64,000 bases of DNA from Phycisphaerae bacterium (GTDB lineage Bacteria > Planctomycetota > Phycisphaerae > UBA1845 > Fen-1342), in contig JASFQK010000037.1 of NCBI GenBank assembly GCA_050115495.1, positions 1-64,000 on the forward strand. The letters run 5' to 3'. Position numbers and translations under genes: made by a program. Under the pieces are notes generated by a model. That model saw nothing but the letters and a program-made list of their open reading frames with translations, had not been told where the DNA came from and searched no databases. The stretch's first letter is position 1. Every line of letters begins with the position of its first letter. Below are positions 46,839-56,751 of the stretch, piece after piece.

Positions 46839-47544
46839 TTCGCATGCTCTCGAAGGATGCGGCCATGGCCCGACAGGTTTCCTCGCTCGGCGCGGTTCCG
46901 CCGTACACGATGCCGTCGAACGTCCGGGTCAGGCTGCGGAAACACTGCTGTGCCCCGGCGTGTGGGGCCAGTTCACGGATGTAGTCGCCGTTTGTCTTGG
47001 ACTCCCGGAAGTGCACCCATCCCTGCCGATCGAGCCAGAGGATCGACGCCACGTACAGGTAGCGCACCGCCGCCAGCCACTCGCCGGCGTCCAGGTGTCG
47101 GCGGGCTTCGGCGAGTAGGGTGTCGAACTCCAGCTCACACACGGTGGCGAGCCGGCCGGTGGCCCGCGTGTGCTTCACCCACGGGCCTCGTCCGCCGCCA
47201 AACTGCGTGATGATGACGTACGCCAGGTGCGCGAGGATCGCCAGCAGCGTGAGCGCTAGCCAGATTACGATCAGCCAGCTCAGCCAGGACGGCAGCCCCC
47301 ACAGCCAGTCGCGCAGCCACTTGCACAGACCCGACAGCTTCTCCCAGAGCCACTCCCGCCACTTCCGACCCTTGTCGTGCACGTGTCGGAATTCGGGCTG
47401 GGCCAGCACCTCAGCTACGGTCTCTCGGACCTGCTGCTGTTGCTCAGCGCTGAGCGGTTTGACGGTCGGTGCCGCCGCTGCGGACGCCCGTCCCCCGGCG
47501 CTGGAGAGGATCAACACGAGCGCCAGGACCGTCGCCGAACGCAT
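46810..47544 (-). CDS. DUF4129 domain protein
   Basis: AGEWLAAVRYLY, KTNGDY.REL, FDGIVYGG. Confidence 0.85.
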   Translation of the reverse strand: MRSATVLALVLILSSAGGRASAAAAPTVKPLSAEQQQQVRETVAEVLAQPEFRHVHDKGRKWREWLWEKLSGLCKWLRDWLWGLPSWLSWLIVIWLALTLLAILAHLAYVIITQFGGGRGPWVKHTRATGRLATVCELEFDTLLAEARRHLDAGEWLAAVRYLYVASILWLDRQGWVHFRESKTNGDYIRELAPHAGAQQCFRSLTRTFDGIVYGGTAPSEETCRAMAASFESMRSEAGPADKA

Positions 47545-47548
47545 GCTG

Positions 47549-48397
47549 TCAGTCCGCCATCACCTGCGCAGGCGCTGCGACGGACTCGGCCAGCCGCTGC
47601 AGGTCGAACGCCTCTTTGCGCACGCGCAGATCGTAGTACAGCAGGATGATTGGCGCCATCTGGATCGGGAGCACGACCGCCTGCATGAGCAGCAGACAGA
47701 CTTCCAACAGGAAGTACGGGAGTCCCAGCGCCTGGAACGCGAAGGTGCCACCATAGACGATAGCCATCGCCAGGAGCCACAACAGGAAGACGATGGCGAA
47801 CCCCTTGCGCAGGTTGCCCTTCATCAGTTCCTTGGAACGCGACATGGCCCCCGCGCCGCTCATTCGTTCCAGCACGACCACCGGGGCGACGATCAGAAAC
47901 CACATGGTGAAGATGATCCCCGGCACGATCAACAGCACATACCCAAGCAGCAGCACAATCCCCACCAGGAACTGAGTGCCCAACAGGGGGAACAGCCGGC
48001 CGGCGGCCCGCTGGAACGCCGTACCGGCGGACATCCGCTCGCCCAGAATCGCCCCTGAGATGCTGTGCATCAACGCCGCTTGTGCCAATGGCAGCACGAT
48101 GAGTGTGAAGATCATCGTGCCGAGGAGGCCAAGCAGCATGGGTACGACCGGCATCTCCGGCATGGGCATCTGCTCGAGGTCTTCCGGCGAATACGTGTCG
48201 AGCGGGATGGACTGTACCTCTGGCGATCCGGCGGCAAGCTTGACCCCGAGCGTATACAACATATACGGCAGGTACGCGACGAGCGCGATCACCAGAAACG
48301 ACAGGAACCGCCCCTTATACAGGCGGAACGTGGCGTCCAGGATGTCCCCGATCCCCATCGGTCGCAATTCAACGATTGAGGGTTCAGCCCCGGCCAT
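47549..48397 (-). CDS. Integral membrane protein of the MoxR cluster (GDPD membrane-domain-like)
   Basis: LRPMGIGDILDATFRLY, PVVVLER...AMSRSKEL, LLYYDLRVRKEAFDL. Confidence 0.85.
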   Translation of the reverse strand: MAGAEPSIVELRPMGIGDILDATFRLYKGRFLSFLVIALVAYLPYMLYTLGVKLAAGSPEVQSIPLDTYSPEDLEQMPMPEMPVVPMLLGLLGTMIFTLIVLPLAQAALMHSISGAILGERMSAGTAFQRAAGRLFPLLGTQFLVGIVLLLGYVLLIVPGIIFTMWFLIVAPVVVLERMSGAGAMSRSKELMKGNLRKGFAIVFLLWLLAMAIVYGGTFAFQALGLPYFLLEVCLLLMQAVVLPIQMAPIILLYYDLRVRKEAFDLQRLAESVAAPAQVMAD

Positions 48398-48513
48398 TAC
48401 TCACCTCCCTGGCCGTCCCGTGCAGGAACGCCGTGGCGGGCACTATAACACGTTCGCTCGCCGACACAAGCCCGGTCATGCCGCGATCCCCCCCGCTTAC
48501 GTGACGCGACTGG

Positions 48514-51228
48514 TCAGAAAGTCTTCCGGCTCGCCGCCAGCCGCTCCCGCCATTCGGTCGCCTGTTCCGGCTTGCCCCACTTCTCGTAGAGGTCGACCAG
48601 GAACTGGGCCGTCTGCCGCGTGCGGTGGTTCTGCTCGCCGAGCAGGATGGCCAGCCGCTCGTAGCTGCGCGCGAGGACCGGCTCGGCCTCGGCGTAGCGA
48701 CCCGCCGCCACCAGGCAGGCCGAACGCCCGCTGTCCAGGTCGGCGATGAACCGATGCCCGGGTGGCAGGATGCGGCGGGCCACGTCGAGTCCCTCCTCGA
48801 ACACCCGGCCGGCCCGCTCCGTGTCGCCCTTGGTGTACAGCATCCAGGCGAGGTTGTTGAGACTGCTGACGACCAGCTCGTTGTCGGGGCCGTACAGCGC
48901 TCGCCGCATTTCGAGCGCCTTGGTGAGCAGCCGTTCGGCCGTGTCGAAATCGCCCCGGGCCTGCCGCACCGTCGCGTAGTTCGTCAGGCAGGACGAGACG
49001 GTCAGGTGCCGCTCGCCGAACACACGGCGGGCTAGGTCGAGCGTGTCCTGGGCGACCGTCTCCGCCTCGTCGAGGTTCCCCTTATCGATCAGCAGGACCG
49101 TCAGCGCACTCATCCGCCGAGTGCGCAGGGCCGTGTTGTCGGGCGCCTGCTCTTCGGCCAGCGCGAGGGCTTCGCGATAGAGCGGTTCGGCGGCGGCGAA
49201 GTCGCCCATCTCGTGGTAGAGCCCGCCGAGCAGCACGACGGCGTCGGCCAGGTCGGCGGGGCTGCCGCCGTCCGTCTGCCGGCGAATCCCCAACGCCGAG
49301 CGGAGCTGGCCGAGGGCGCTGTCGAACTCGCCGAGCTGTTGGAACGTCTTGCCGATCGTCTCGTGCAGCGCGGCCCGCACGGTGGGCTGGTCGGGGAAAC
49401 TGCGGTCGATCTGCCCGGCCGCCGCCTCCAGCACCGTGAGTACGGTGTACTGCCGGCCACGGGCCTCGGCGGGGTTGATCGATGTGAACAGGCGTTCGAG
49501 GAACTGGTACGTCGCCTGGGCACGCTGTGCTTCATTCTGCGCCAGTCTCTCGGCGTCGAGCGCCCGCTGGCGCAGACTGCGCTCGTGCAGGATGGAGACG
49601 CCGGCCAGACCGAGCAGCAGCGCCAGTGCCACAGAGGCGATCACGCCGAACCGGGCCACCTGCCGCCGGCGCGTCTCCCGCCGGGCTGTGTCGGCGGCGA
49701 GTTGCCGCTCCGCCCGGCGTTCTTCGAGCCGCCGCAAACGATCGGCTACCTGGGCGGCGGAGGCCAGTCGTTGCGTCGGATCGCCGTCCACGCACGCGGC
49801 GATGTCCTCGACCAGCAGCTCATCCGAGACCTGCCGGTGCCAGCCCTCGGCCAGCGGCCGTTTCAGGTCGCCGACCACCATCTGGAACAGCACGATGCCC
49901 AGTGCGTAGATGTCGCCCTGGATTGTGAACGGCTTGCCGGCGTGCAGCTCGGGCGGAATGTACATGCCCGTGCCGGCGGTCGTGCGCGAGTAGTTCTCCA
50001 CGAGCGTCGCCGTGAAGCCGACGCGCGGGATGTTGGCGCTGTCCAGCTTGCTGCGGTCGGTCAGTTCGCCGATGCCGAAGTCCGCCAGCCGCGGGCGCGG
50101 TGTGCCGTCGTCCGCATCGTAGATCAGCACGTTCGACGGTTTGATGTCCTTGTGCAGCACGCCGAGCGAGTGGGCGGCGGCGACGGCCTCGGCGACGAGG
50201 GCGACCAGCTCCAGACGCTGGGCGAGCGGCACGGTCGACAGGCCGCCCTGGCAATCGGCCCAGTCCGGCAGGCTGCCGTGGGCCGTGTATTCGCACTCCA
50301 GGAAGTACGGTGCTTCCTTGAGCTGCACTTCGTAGAGCTTGGCGATGTCCCGGCGATCGCCGAGCTGTTCGCGGATCAGGCGGAAGAGCGTCAGTTCGCG
50401 CTTGAGCGAGCGCAGGCCCTGCGGGTCGAAGCAGAACTTGAACGCCCGCGGCTCGCCGGTCTGTTGGTTACGGCCGAGCCACACTTCGCCGAAGCCGCCT
50501 TCGCCGAGCTTGCGCTCCAACACCCAGCCGGGGCGGACCGGCAGTTCGAGGCCGCGGCCCGGCCGCCAGCCGAGCACGTCTTCCTCGTTCTTCGTGACCG
50601 CCCGCACGGCCCGGGCCTTCTTGCTGTCCGGCGGCGCAACCAGCGGGGCCCGTCCGGCGACGCCGACCTCGAAGACTTCGAGGGCCTCGTCGTTGCCCTG
50701 GAAGAGGTAGCGGCCATGGGCCATCCAGGCGAGCCGCAGATCGGGCTCGTCGCCGGCGGGGTGGTGGCGGATGTACTGGCGGGCGTCGTCGAACGCCCCG
50801 CGTGTGAGCAGGATCTGTCCGGGCAGGGCCAGGTCCATGACGCGAGCCGCCATGTCCGCCGCCAGACCCACGACTTTCGGCTGCGTCCCCGCTTCTGCCG
50901 ACAGGAGGGAGACCTGGCCGATGTGCAGTCCGATCCGGACCTGGAGCGGCACCGGCCGCCAGGGCTCCGTGGCCAGGGCGTGCTGGAAGAGCAGGGCGGC
51001 GCTGACGGCGTCCTCCGCCGTCGCAAAACCCGCCAGAAAGCCGTCCCCGGTGTCGTTGAGTATCCGAGCGTCGCGCCTGCCGGCGATGATCTGCCGCGAA
51101 ATGGCGTCGTGCCGGGCGATGAGCTCACGATAAACAGCCGTCCCGTGCCGGCTCTTCAGCTCAACCGACCCGACCACGTCGGTGAACATGAGCACCATCA
51201 ACTGCGCAGCCGGCGTATCGCTCATCAT
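48514..51228 (-). CDS. Class III nucleotide cyclase-like / Ser-Thr kinase / TM / TPR fusion protein
   Basis: MFTDVVGS, TGDGF, RIGLHIG, AAR..LA.PGQIL; LGEGGFGEVW, HKDIKPSN, DFG, YIPPE; kinesin-light-chain-type TPRs (AEPLYREAL, SSLNNLA). Confidence 0.92.
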   Translation of the reverse strand: MMSDTPAAQLMVLMFTDVVGSVELKSRHGTAVYRELIARHDAISRQIIAGRRDARILNDTGDGFLAGFATAEDAVSAALLFQHALATEPWRPVPLQVRIGLHIGQVSLLSAEAGTQPKVVGLAADMAARVMDLALPGQILLTRGAFDDARQYIRHHPAGDEPDLRLAWMAHGRYLFQGNDEALEVFEVGVAGRAPLVAPPDSKKARAVRAVTKNEEDVLGWRPGRGLELPVRPGWVLERKLGEGGFGEVWLGRNQQTGEPRAFKFCFDPQGLRSLKRELTLFRLIREQLGDRRDIAKLYEVQLKEAPYFLECEYTAHGSLPDWADCQGGLSTVPLAQRLELVALVAEAVAAAHSLGVLHKDIKPSNVLIYDADDGTPRPRLADFGIGELTDRSKLDSANIPRVGFTATLVENYSRTTAGTGMYIPPELHAGKPFTIQGDIYALGIVLFQMVVGDLKRPLAEGWHRQVSDELLVEDIAACVDGDPTQRLASAAQVADRLRRLEERRAERQLAADTARRETRRRQVARFGVIASVALALLLGLAGVSILHERSLRQRALDAERLAQNEAQRAQATYQFLERLFTSINPAEARGRQYTVLTVLEAAAGQIDRSFPDQPTVRAALHETIGKTFQQLGEFDSALGQLRSALGIRRQTDGGSPADLADAVVLLGGLYHEMGDFAAAEPLYREALALAEEQAPDNTALRTRRMSALTVLLIDKGNLDEAETVAQDTLDLARRVFGERHLTVSSCLTNYATVRQARGDFDTAERLLTKALEMRRALYGPDNELVVSSLNNLAWMLYTKGDTERAGRVFEEGLDVARRILPPGHRFIADLDSGRSACLVAAGRYAEAEPVLARSYERLAILLGEQNHRTRQTAQFLVDLYEKWGKPEQATEWRERLAASRKTF

Positions 51229-51450
51229 CCTCGTCTCTGTCCCGCTTTCGCCGCATGATATGCACCCCCGGCGGGGGCAACCAGCCCCGGGCCGCGGGCG
51301 GCTTCGGAGCAGCGACACACCGGTTACGTTACAATGGCTGTTTGACTCGGCGGACCAAGATTGTGTTGCACATGTTGGCGGGCGATCCGCGCGCCGTCGG
51401 TACGATGGATTCATGGATGGGAGACGGTCTCAAGGATGAGGAGAATTGGC

Positions 51451-53058
51451 ATGAAGCCTGGAGTGGGAACAGCGCATCAATCGTGTGACGTGCGGCTTGT
51501 CGGGCTGGTGGTTGTCCTGTTGCTGGGCGGTTCGGCCCGGGCCGCGGTGTACGAAGTGGGGGACGGGCAGCCGTATGCGTCGATCGGCAGCGTGCCGTGG
51601 GAGTCGATCGGCGCCGGCGACACCGTGCTGATTCACTGGCGGGCCACGCCGTACAAGGAGAAGTGGGTGATCGCGGGGCAGGGCACGGACACAGCCCCGA
51701 TCACGGTGCGCGGCGTGCCGGGGCCGGACGGGCAGTTGCCAGTCATCGATGGCGACGGAGCGACGACGCGCCTGGCGCTGGATTACTGGAACGAGAACCG
51801 GTCGGTCATCAAGGTCGGCGGATCCAGCGTGCCGCCGGAGGTGATGCCGCAATGCGTCGTGATCGAGAACCTCGACGTGCGTGGCGCGCGGCCGCCGAAC
51901 GCGTTCACCGATGACGCCGGCAACGTGCAGACCTACTCGCTGAACGCGGCGTCGATCCACATCGAGCGTGGCGAACACATCGTGATCCGCGGCTGCATCA
52001 TCCGCGACAGCGGCAACGGGTTGTTCGTCTCATCCAGCGACGAGTACGTGGCCCGGGACATTCTGATCGAGGGCAACTACATCCACGACAACGGTAACGT
52101 CGGCCGGATCTACGAGCACAACGTCTACACCGCGGCGATCGACATCGCATACCAATGGAATCGCTTCGGATCACTCCAGCCGGGAGCCGGCGGGAACAAC
52201 CTCAAGGACCGCTCGGCGGGGCTCGTGGTCCGCTACAATTGGCTCGAAGGCGGGAACCGGCAGCTCGACCTCGTTGATGCCGAGGACAGCAGCCAGATCC
52301 GGGCCGATCCGGCGTACCGTGCGACACACGTCTACGGCAACTACTTCATCGAGCCCGCCGGCGAGGGGAATCGCCAGATCGTGCACTACGGCGGCGACAG
52401 CGGCGCGACTGACTGGTATCGCAAGGGCACGCTCTACTTCTACCACAACACGCTGGTCTCGACGCGCACGGACCGCACGACGCTGTTCCGCCTGTCCACG
52501 AATGACGAACACTGCGATGCCCGCAATAACATCCTGTACGTGACGGCGGCCGGCAACACGCTCGGCATGCTCGATTCCGACGGTGTCCTGGACCTCAGCC
52601 ACAACTGGGTGAAACCGGGATGGGTCGAGGCGTTCGAGCCGCTCGGCGGGGCCGTGAACGACGACGGGACGTCCATCCTGGGCGACACGCCCGGTTTCGT
52701 CGATCCGTCGACCCAGGCTTATCACCTGCTGCCGAGCTCGGACTGTGTTGATGCGGCAACGGTGCTGCACCCCGCCGTCGTCGGCGTGCACGACGTGCTG
52801 CGGCAATACGTGCGTCACCAGGCGAGCGTAGACCGCCCGGCGTGGGGCACAGTCGATGACCTCGGCGCCTACGAGTTGCTCCCGGGGGACGCGGACGGCG
52901 ATGGCGCCGTGGACGCGGACGATCTGGCGGTGCTCGCGCCGTGCCTGACGGGCCCGGACGCGACACCGGGATCGGGATGTCTGGTGTTCGATCTCGACGT
53001 CAGCGGTGACGTCGATCTGACGGACTTCGCCGTGTTCCAGACGGCTTCGGGCGGGTGA
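51451..53058 (+). CDS. Secreted right-handed beta-helix (pectin lyase-fold) protein with dockerin-like tail
   Basis: AGDTVLIH, PITVRG, IRDSGNG, EHNVY, NLKDRSAG, DLGAYE; GDADGDGAVDADD..CLTGP..DLDVSGDVDLTDFAVFQ. Confidence 0.85.
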   Translation: MKPGVGTAHQSCDVRLVGLVVVLLLGGSARAAVYEVGDGQPYASIGSVPWESIGAGDTVLIHWRATPYKEKWVIAGQGTDTAPITVRGVPGPDGQLPVIDGDGATTRLALDYWNENRSVIKVGGSSVPPEVMPQCVVIENLDVRGARPPNAFTDDAGNVQTYSLNAASIHIERGEHIVIRGCIIRDSGNGLFVSSSDEYVARDILIEGNYIHDNGNVGRIYEHNVYTAAIDIAYQWNRFGSLQPGAGGNNLKDRSAGLVVRYNWLEGGNRQLDLVDAEDSSQIRADPAYRATHVYGNYFIEPAGEGNRQIVHYGGDSGATDWYRKGTLYFYHNTLVSTRTDRTTLFRLSTNDEHCDARNNILYVTAAGNTLGMLDSDGVLDLSHNWVKPGWVEAFEPLGGAVNDDGTSILGDTPGFVDPSTQAYHLLPSSDCVDAATVLHPAVVGVHDVLRQYVRHQASVDRPAWGTVDDLGAYELLPGDADGDGAVDADDLAVLAPCLTGPDATPGSGCLVFDLDVSGDVDLTDFAVFQTASGG

Positions 53059-53077
53059 GATTTCGCCCCCGCCGTCG

Positions 53078-54166
53078 CTACCGCTCCATATACCGCACCT
53101 GCAATATCCCCGCATCGGCGAGGTCGACGTCGCCGTCTTCGTCGATGTCGGCCTTGGCGAACAGGGTCGGGTCGACGCCGGCGGGGGGCGTGAGAACGTC
53201 CGGGCCGGCGAGGCAGGCGCCTTGCGCTTCCACGTCGGCGACGTTCAGGAAGCCGTCGGCGTTGATGTCAAACGTCTCGATAACCCGCACGTCAACGTGA
53301 GCGATCACGGTCCGCACCGTGACCTCATTGCCGGCGACGGCGTCGTCGAGCTCCATGGCGTAGCCCAGGTGGATGAAGCCCGCCGTTACGTTCCACGCCG
53401 GGTCGGCCGGCTGGGTGTGCAGGTCGTGGTACCAGTTCACGTGGTAGCCCATGAAATCGCACAGGAACCGGCTGGTGTCGATCGTGGTGGAGTACGGATA
53501 CAGGTTGGGCACGGTGGCGATGATCGCGTCGATCACGTCCTGCATCGGCAGCGTGGAGTACCGCTCGGTTCCGGGGATCTCGCCGGCGATCGGCAGTTCC
53601 GGCGTCGGGTCGTAGGGAGTCAGGTAGTCGTTGGTCCACGCGCTCAGCGAGTACATGCGGTGACCGCCCTCTAGCTCCCAGTCGAAGTCATTGCCGGACC
53701 GGCCGTAGGCCACGATCGCGATCGGCCGCAACTGCTCCACCAGCGGCCAGAAATCGCCGGACGTGTCCTGGTAGTCGACCTCGAAGTCGCCATCGCCCTT
53801 GGGGTTGACGCCGGTCCCGCCCGGGAATTCGGGGAAGAACGCGTAGACGTTGTACCCGCGGCCTTCCCAGTTCTCGCCGACCCAGCCGTCCGGGTTCTGT
53901 TCCGGATTCGGACTGAACTGCCGCAGCATCTCATTCGTCGGCGGCCAGTAGCCCGTGAGCAGGACGTTCGGCAAGCCGTTGTTGACGAGATCGAGCCGGT
54001 CGACCGCCGACCGGAGATCCTGAAGCTGGATGGACCGCGCGTAGGGAAGCGTGACCGGGCCGGGATCGCGCGTCTCCTGAGCCACGGCGCCGGCGGCCAG
54101 CAGCAACGTAACGATCGTCAGGGCAACCACTCGCGGCAGGCCGCGCGAATACGAATGCAGCGACAT
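53078..54166 (-). CDS. Secreted pyroglutamyl-peptidase I-like (C15) protein with dockerin-like tail
   Basis: VLLTGYWP, WELE, RFLCDF, AGFIHL (Glu-Cys-His); DINADGFLNVAD..CLAGP..DIDEDGDVDLAD. Confidence 0.8.
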   Translation of the reverse strand: MSLHSYSRGLPRVVALTIVTLLLAAGAVAQETRDPGPVTLPYARSIQLQDLRSAVDRLDLVNNGLPNVLLTGYWPPTNEMLRQFSPNPEQNPDGWVGENWEGRGYNVYAFFPEFPGGTGVNPKGDGDFEVDYQDTSGDFWPLVEQLRPIAIVAYGRSGNDFDWELEGGHRMYSLSAWTNDYLTPYDPTPELPIAGEIPGTERYSTLPMQDVIDAIIATVPNLYPYSTTIDTSRFLCDFMGYHVNWYHDLHTQPADPAWNVTAGFIHLGYAMELDDAVAGNEVTVRTVIAHVDVRVIETFDINADGFLNVADVEAQGACLAGPDVLTPPAGVDPTLFAKADIDEDGDVDLADAGILQVRYMER

Positions 54167-54377
54167 GTACACTCCCTTTCTCGCCGCCCCCGTTGTGATC
54201 AGCCTGTTCCACCATCCCATCGTCTGTGCCAGGCAGCGGCGGGAACCGCGCCGCCGCCGGCGGTGCCACTCACGCCCACGTCGGCGCGAGAGTCCGCTCC
54301 GAAAGGACGAGCCGCCGCGCTGCACGAGTATCTCGGCAACGCGGCGGGCTCAATGCTAGCCGTGTCCTCCGGCGCGT

Positions 54378-55733
54378 CTACCGGCGACGGAGCGACAGCA
54401 GACCGCCAACCAGCAGCAGGGCGAACATGCCCGGCTCCGGAACCAGTACCCGCATGTAGGCCTGACCGATGCCGGTGCCGGCACCGTCACGCAGGTCGGC
54501 CGTGAAGTACAGGTAGCCGTCATCCGTCAGGAACATGTCGTCGTTGTTGAAGATATCGATGTACGCATCGTCGTCGAACAGGCCGTTGCCGTCGACATCG
54601 ACCGGATCACCCTGACGCAGCAGCACCGAGGTGTTGTTGTACACCAGCACGGCGTCGAAATCCGGATCGGCGTTGCTCGTGCATCCGCCATAGACGAAGT
54701 CGCCCAGGCCGTTCGAGACCATCTCGAAGAAGCACGCCGAGTAGACCGAGTCGCTGAAGGTCTCGCCGGGCTGGCCGCCGGGGATGAGATCGCCCACAGC
54801 CGCCAGCAGCGTGCCGTTATGAAGGACCCAGTCCTGCTGATCATCGTTGTCGCCACGGGCGAGCCAGTCGCCGTTGGGCGTCATGATAGACGCGACGATC
54901 GATTCGACGGGGGATGTGAAGCCCGACAGCGCCATGCCTTCCTGGACCACGATCTGGTTGTTGTACGCCAGGATGGCGTCGAAGTTGTTGTCGCCTTCGA
55001 GGTAGCCCTGCGCGGCCCAGTTGTTGCCGTCCGCGCTGACGTAGAAGTCGTTCATATCGAAGCTGTCCCACGCCTCTTGAGTCTGCGGACCGGGGACGGT
55101 CGTTCCTTCCTGGGCCAGTGTTCCGTTGTCGAACACGAGGAAGTCGTCGAACGTGCTGCCGAGCGAGCCGACGGTCGACGGGGCACGCGCGGCGACGCGG
55201 CCGTCATTGGTGATCGACGCCGTGTCCAGCGACGAGCCGAAGACCTCGGTCGGGAAACCGGGGACCGCGCTGCCTTCGACAAACACGCCGGCGAACGCGC
55301 CGGTCCAGCTCACGATTTGCTCGTCGGTCGTGCTCGGGGCGCTGCCGCCGAGGTTCGTCGCGAACGCGTAGTGGCCAAAGTCGTTGATGCTCAGCCTGCT
55401 GTCGATCAGGCCGACGAGCTCGCCCGACGCTCCCCACGGGGCCTGCGTGCCTTCGCGGACGACCACGTTGCCGACCATGCCCTGTCCGGTGAGGATGATC
55501 TCATCCTCGGACGTCGACAGATCGGTATCCGCCGACATGATCCAGTGCAGACCGTTCATGCTGCGGAACGGTCGGTCGAAGCTGCTGAACTTCGCGCCGG
55601 CCAGACCGGGAACGTCCGATGTCGGACTCGTCTGGATGTTCGAGTAGATCACGGTGGGCACCATTGCGAAGGTCACCGCCGGCAGCACCACCGCAATGGT
55701 TAGCACAGCACATACTCTGACAATTAGGTTCAT
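54378..55733 (-). CDS. PEP-CTERM protein with NxxGxxAF-type beta-propeller repeats
   Basis: AGGAGG RBS, signal peptide; SINDFGHYAF, VVVREG/LAQEG/VVQEG/LLRQGD repeats; VPEPGMFALLLVGGLLSLRRR. Confidence 0.88.
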   Translation of the reverse strand: MNLIVRVCAVLTIAVVLPAVTFAMVPTVIYSNIQTSPTSDVPGLAGAKFSSFDRPFRSMNGLHWIMSADTDLSTSEDEIILTGQGMVGNVVVREGTQAPWGASGELVGLIDSRLSINDFGHYAFATNLGGSAPSTTDEQIVSWTGAFAGVFVEGSAVPGFPTEVFGSSLDTASITNDGRVAARAPSTVGSLGSTFDDFLVFDNGTLAQEGTTVPGPQTQEAWDSFDMNDFYVSADGNNWAAQGYLEGDNNFDAILAYNNQIVVQEGMALSGFTSPVESIVASIMTPNGDWLARGDNDDQQDWVLHNGTLLAAVGDLIPGGQPGETFSDSVYSACFFEMVSNGLGDFVYGGCTSNADPDFDAVLVYNNTSVLLRQGDPVDVDGNGLFDDDAYIDIFNNDDMFLTDDGYLYFTADLRDGAGTGIGQAYMRVLVPEPGMFALLLVGGLLSLRRR

Positions 55734-56369
55734 TCTCGTTCCTCCTGTGATACGACTCCGCCCTGAGTTTGTGCGCAGCCGGATCGCCGGATGTGAAGCT
55801 GTACCCAACCTGAGATCTGACTGCGCTTCCTCGACTCTCGGTTCCGCCACGAAATGCTTGCAGGCGACGAAACCCCTCTTAAACCAAGGTACCCCTATCG
55901 ACACCGCGGGGTCAATAACAATATTACGATCGGGTGATGTGCCGCGCAAATACACACGATCGGGGGACACGCTGTGACCGGCCAGACGTCGCTCGCTCGT
56001 TTGGCTGGCCACTTTGGCGCGCGGATGATCGAACGGGCGCCATGAAGCCTAAACTCCACAACACAAGTAGCTTACAGCATGTGCTGCGTTTTCGTGTGCG
56101 GTTACGGGGTGGCCGTAGCATGTGGTGACAGACGAGATGTCCCCTGATGATCCTACACCAATAGAGAAATGGATACACAGAATCAGTGTATATGCAAACC
56201 TGTGACTATCACAAAGCCGCTCGCCCCGCGGAACGTGGCGTCGGCGAATGCGGGCTGGCAGGGCGACAGGGGGCCGAGACGCGGATTGCTCCGGAATGGG
56301 CGGTGATCTAGGCTATCGCCTCGCCGCGCGGAGCAACACCGCCGCCGGCGACTGTGGGAGACTGACCGT

Positions 56370-56738
56370 ATGTCCACGCCGGACTATCGCATTAACCTCG
56401 ACGTTCGGTTTGGCTCGCTCGAGCTCATCGACGTGGCCCGCCTGCGGGACGAGGTGACCGAGCAGTGGTTCAACCAAACGCTGTGCACCGTCAACGACTG
56501 TGCCGTCCGACTCGGCGTCGTGCAGGGTGAGTTCCACTGGCACCACCACGATGCGGAGGACGAGTTCTTCTACGTCGTCTCCGGCCGGTTGCTGATCGAC
56601 CTCGACGACCGCACGGTCGAGCTCCACCCGAACCAGGGCTTCACCGTCCCCCGCGGCGTCCGCCACCGCACCCGCGCCCCCGACCGTACCGCCATCCTGA
56701 TGATCGAAGGCCGGAATGTGCAACCGACGGGGGACTGA
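56370..56738 (+). CDS. Cupin domain protein
   Basis: GEFHWHHHDAEDEFFYVVSG, FTVPRGVRHRTRA. Confidence 0.92.
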   Translation: MSTPDYRINLDVRFGSLELIDVARLRDEVTEQWFNQTLCTVNDCAVRLGVVQGEFHWHHHDAEDEFFYVVSGRLLIDLDDRTVELHPNQGFTVPRGVRHRTRAPDRTAILMIEGRNVQPTGD

Positions 56739-56751
56739 GCTGGCGCTTATC

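Noticed and set aside
49213..51258. 681-aa plus-strand ORF (likewise 59680-61617 + and 20589-22388 -)
   Set aside because: Antisense shadows of motif-bearing genes
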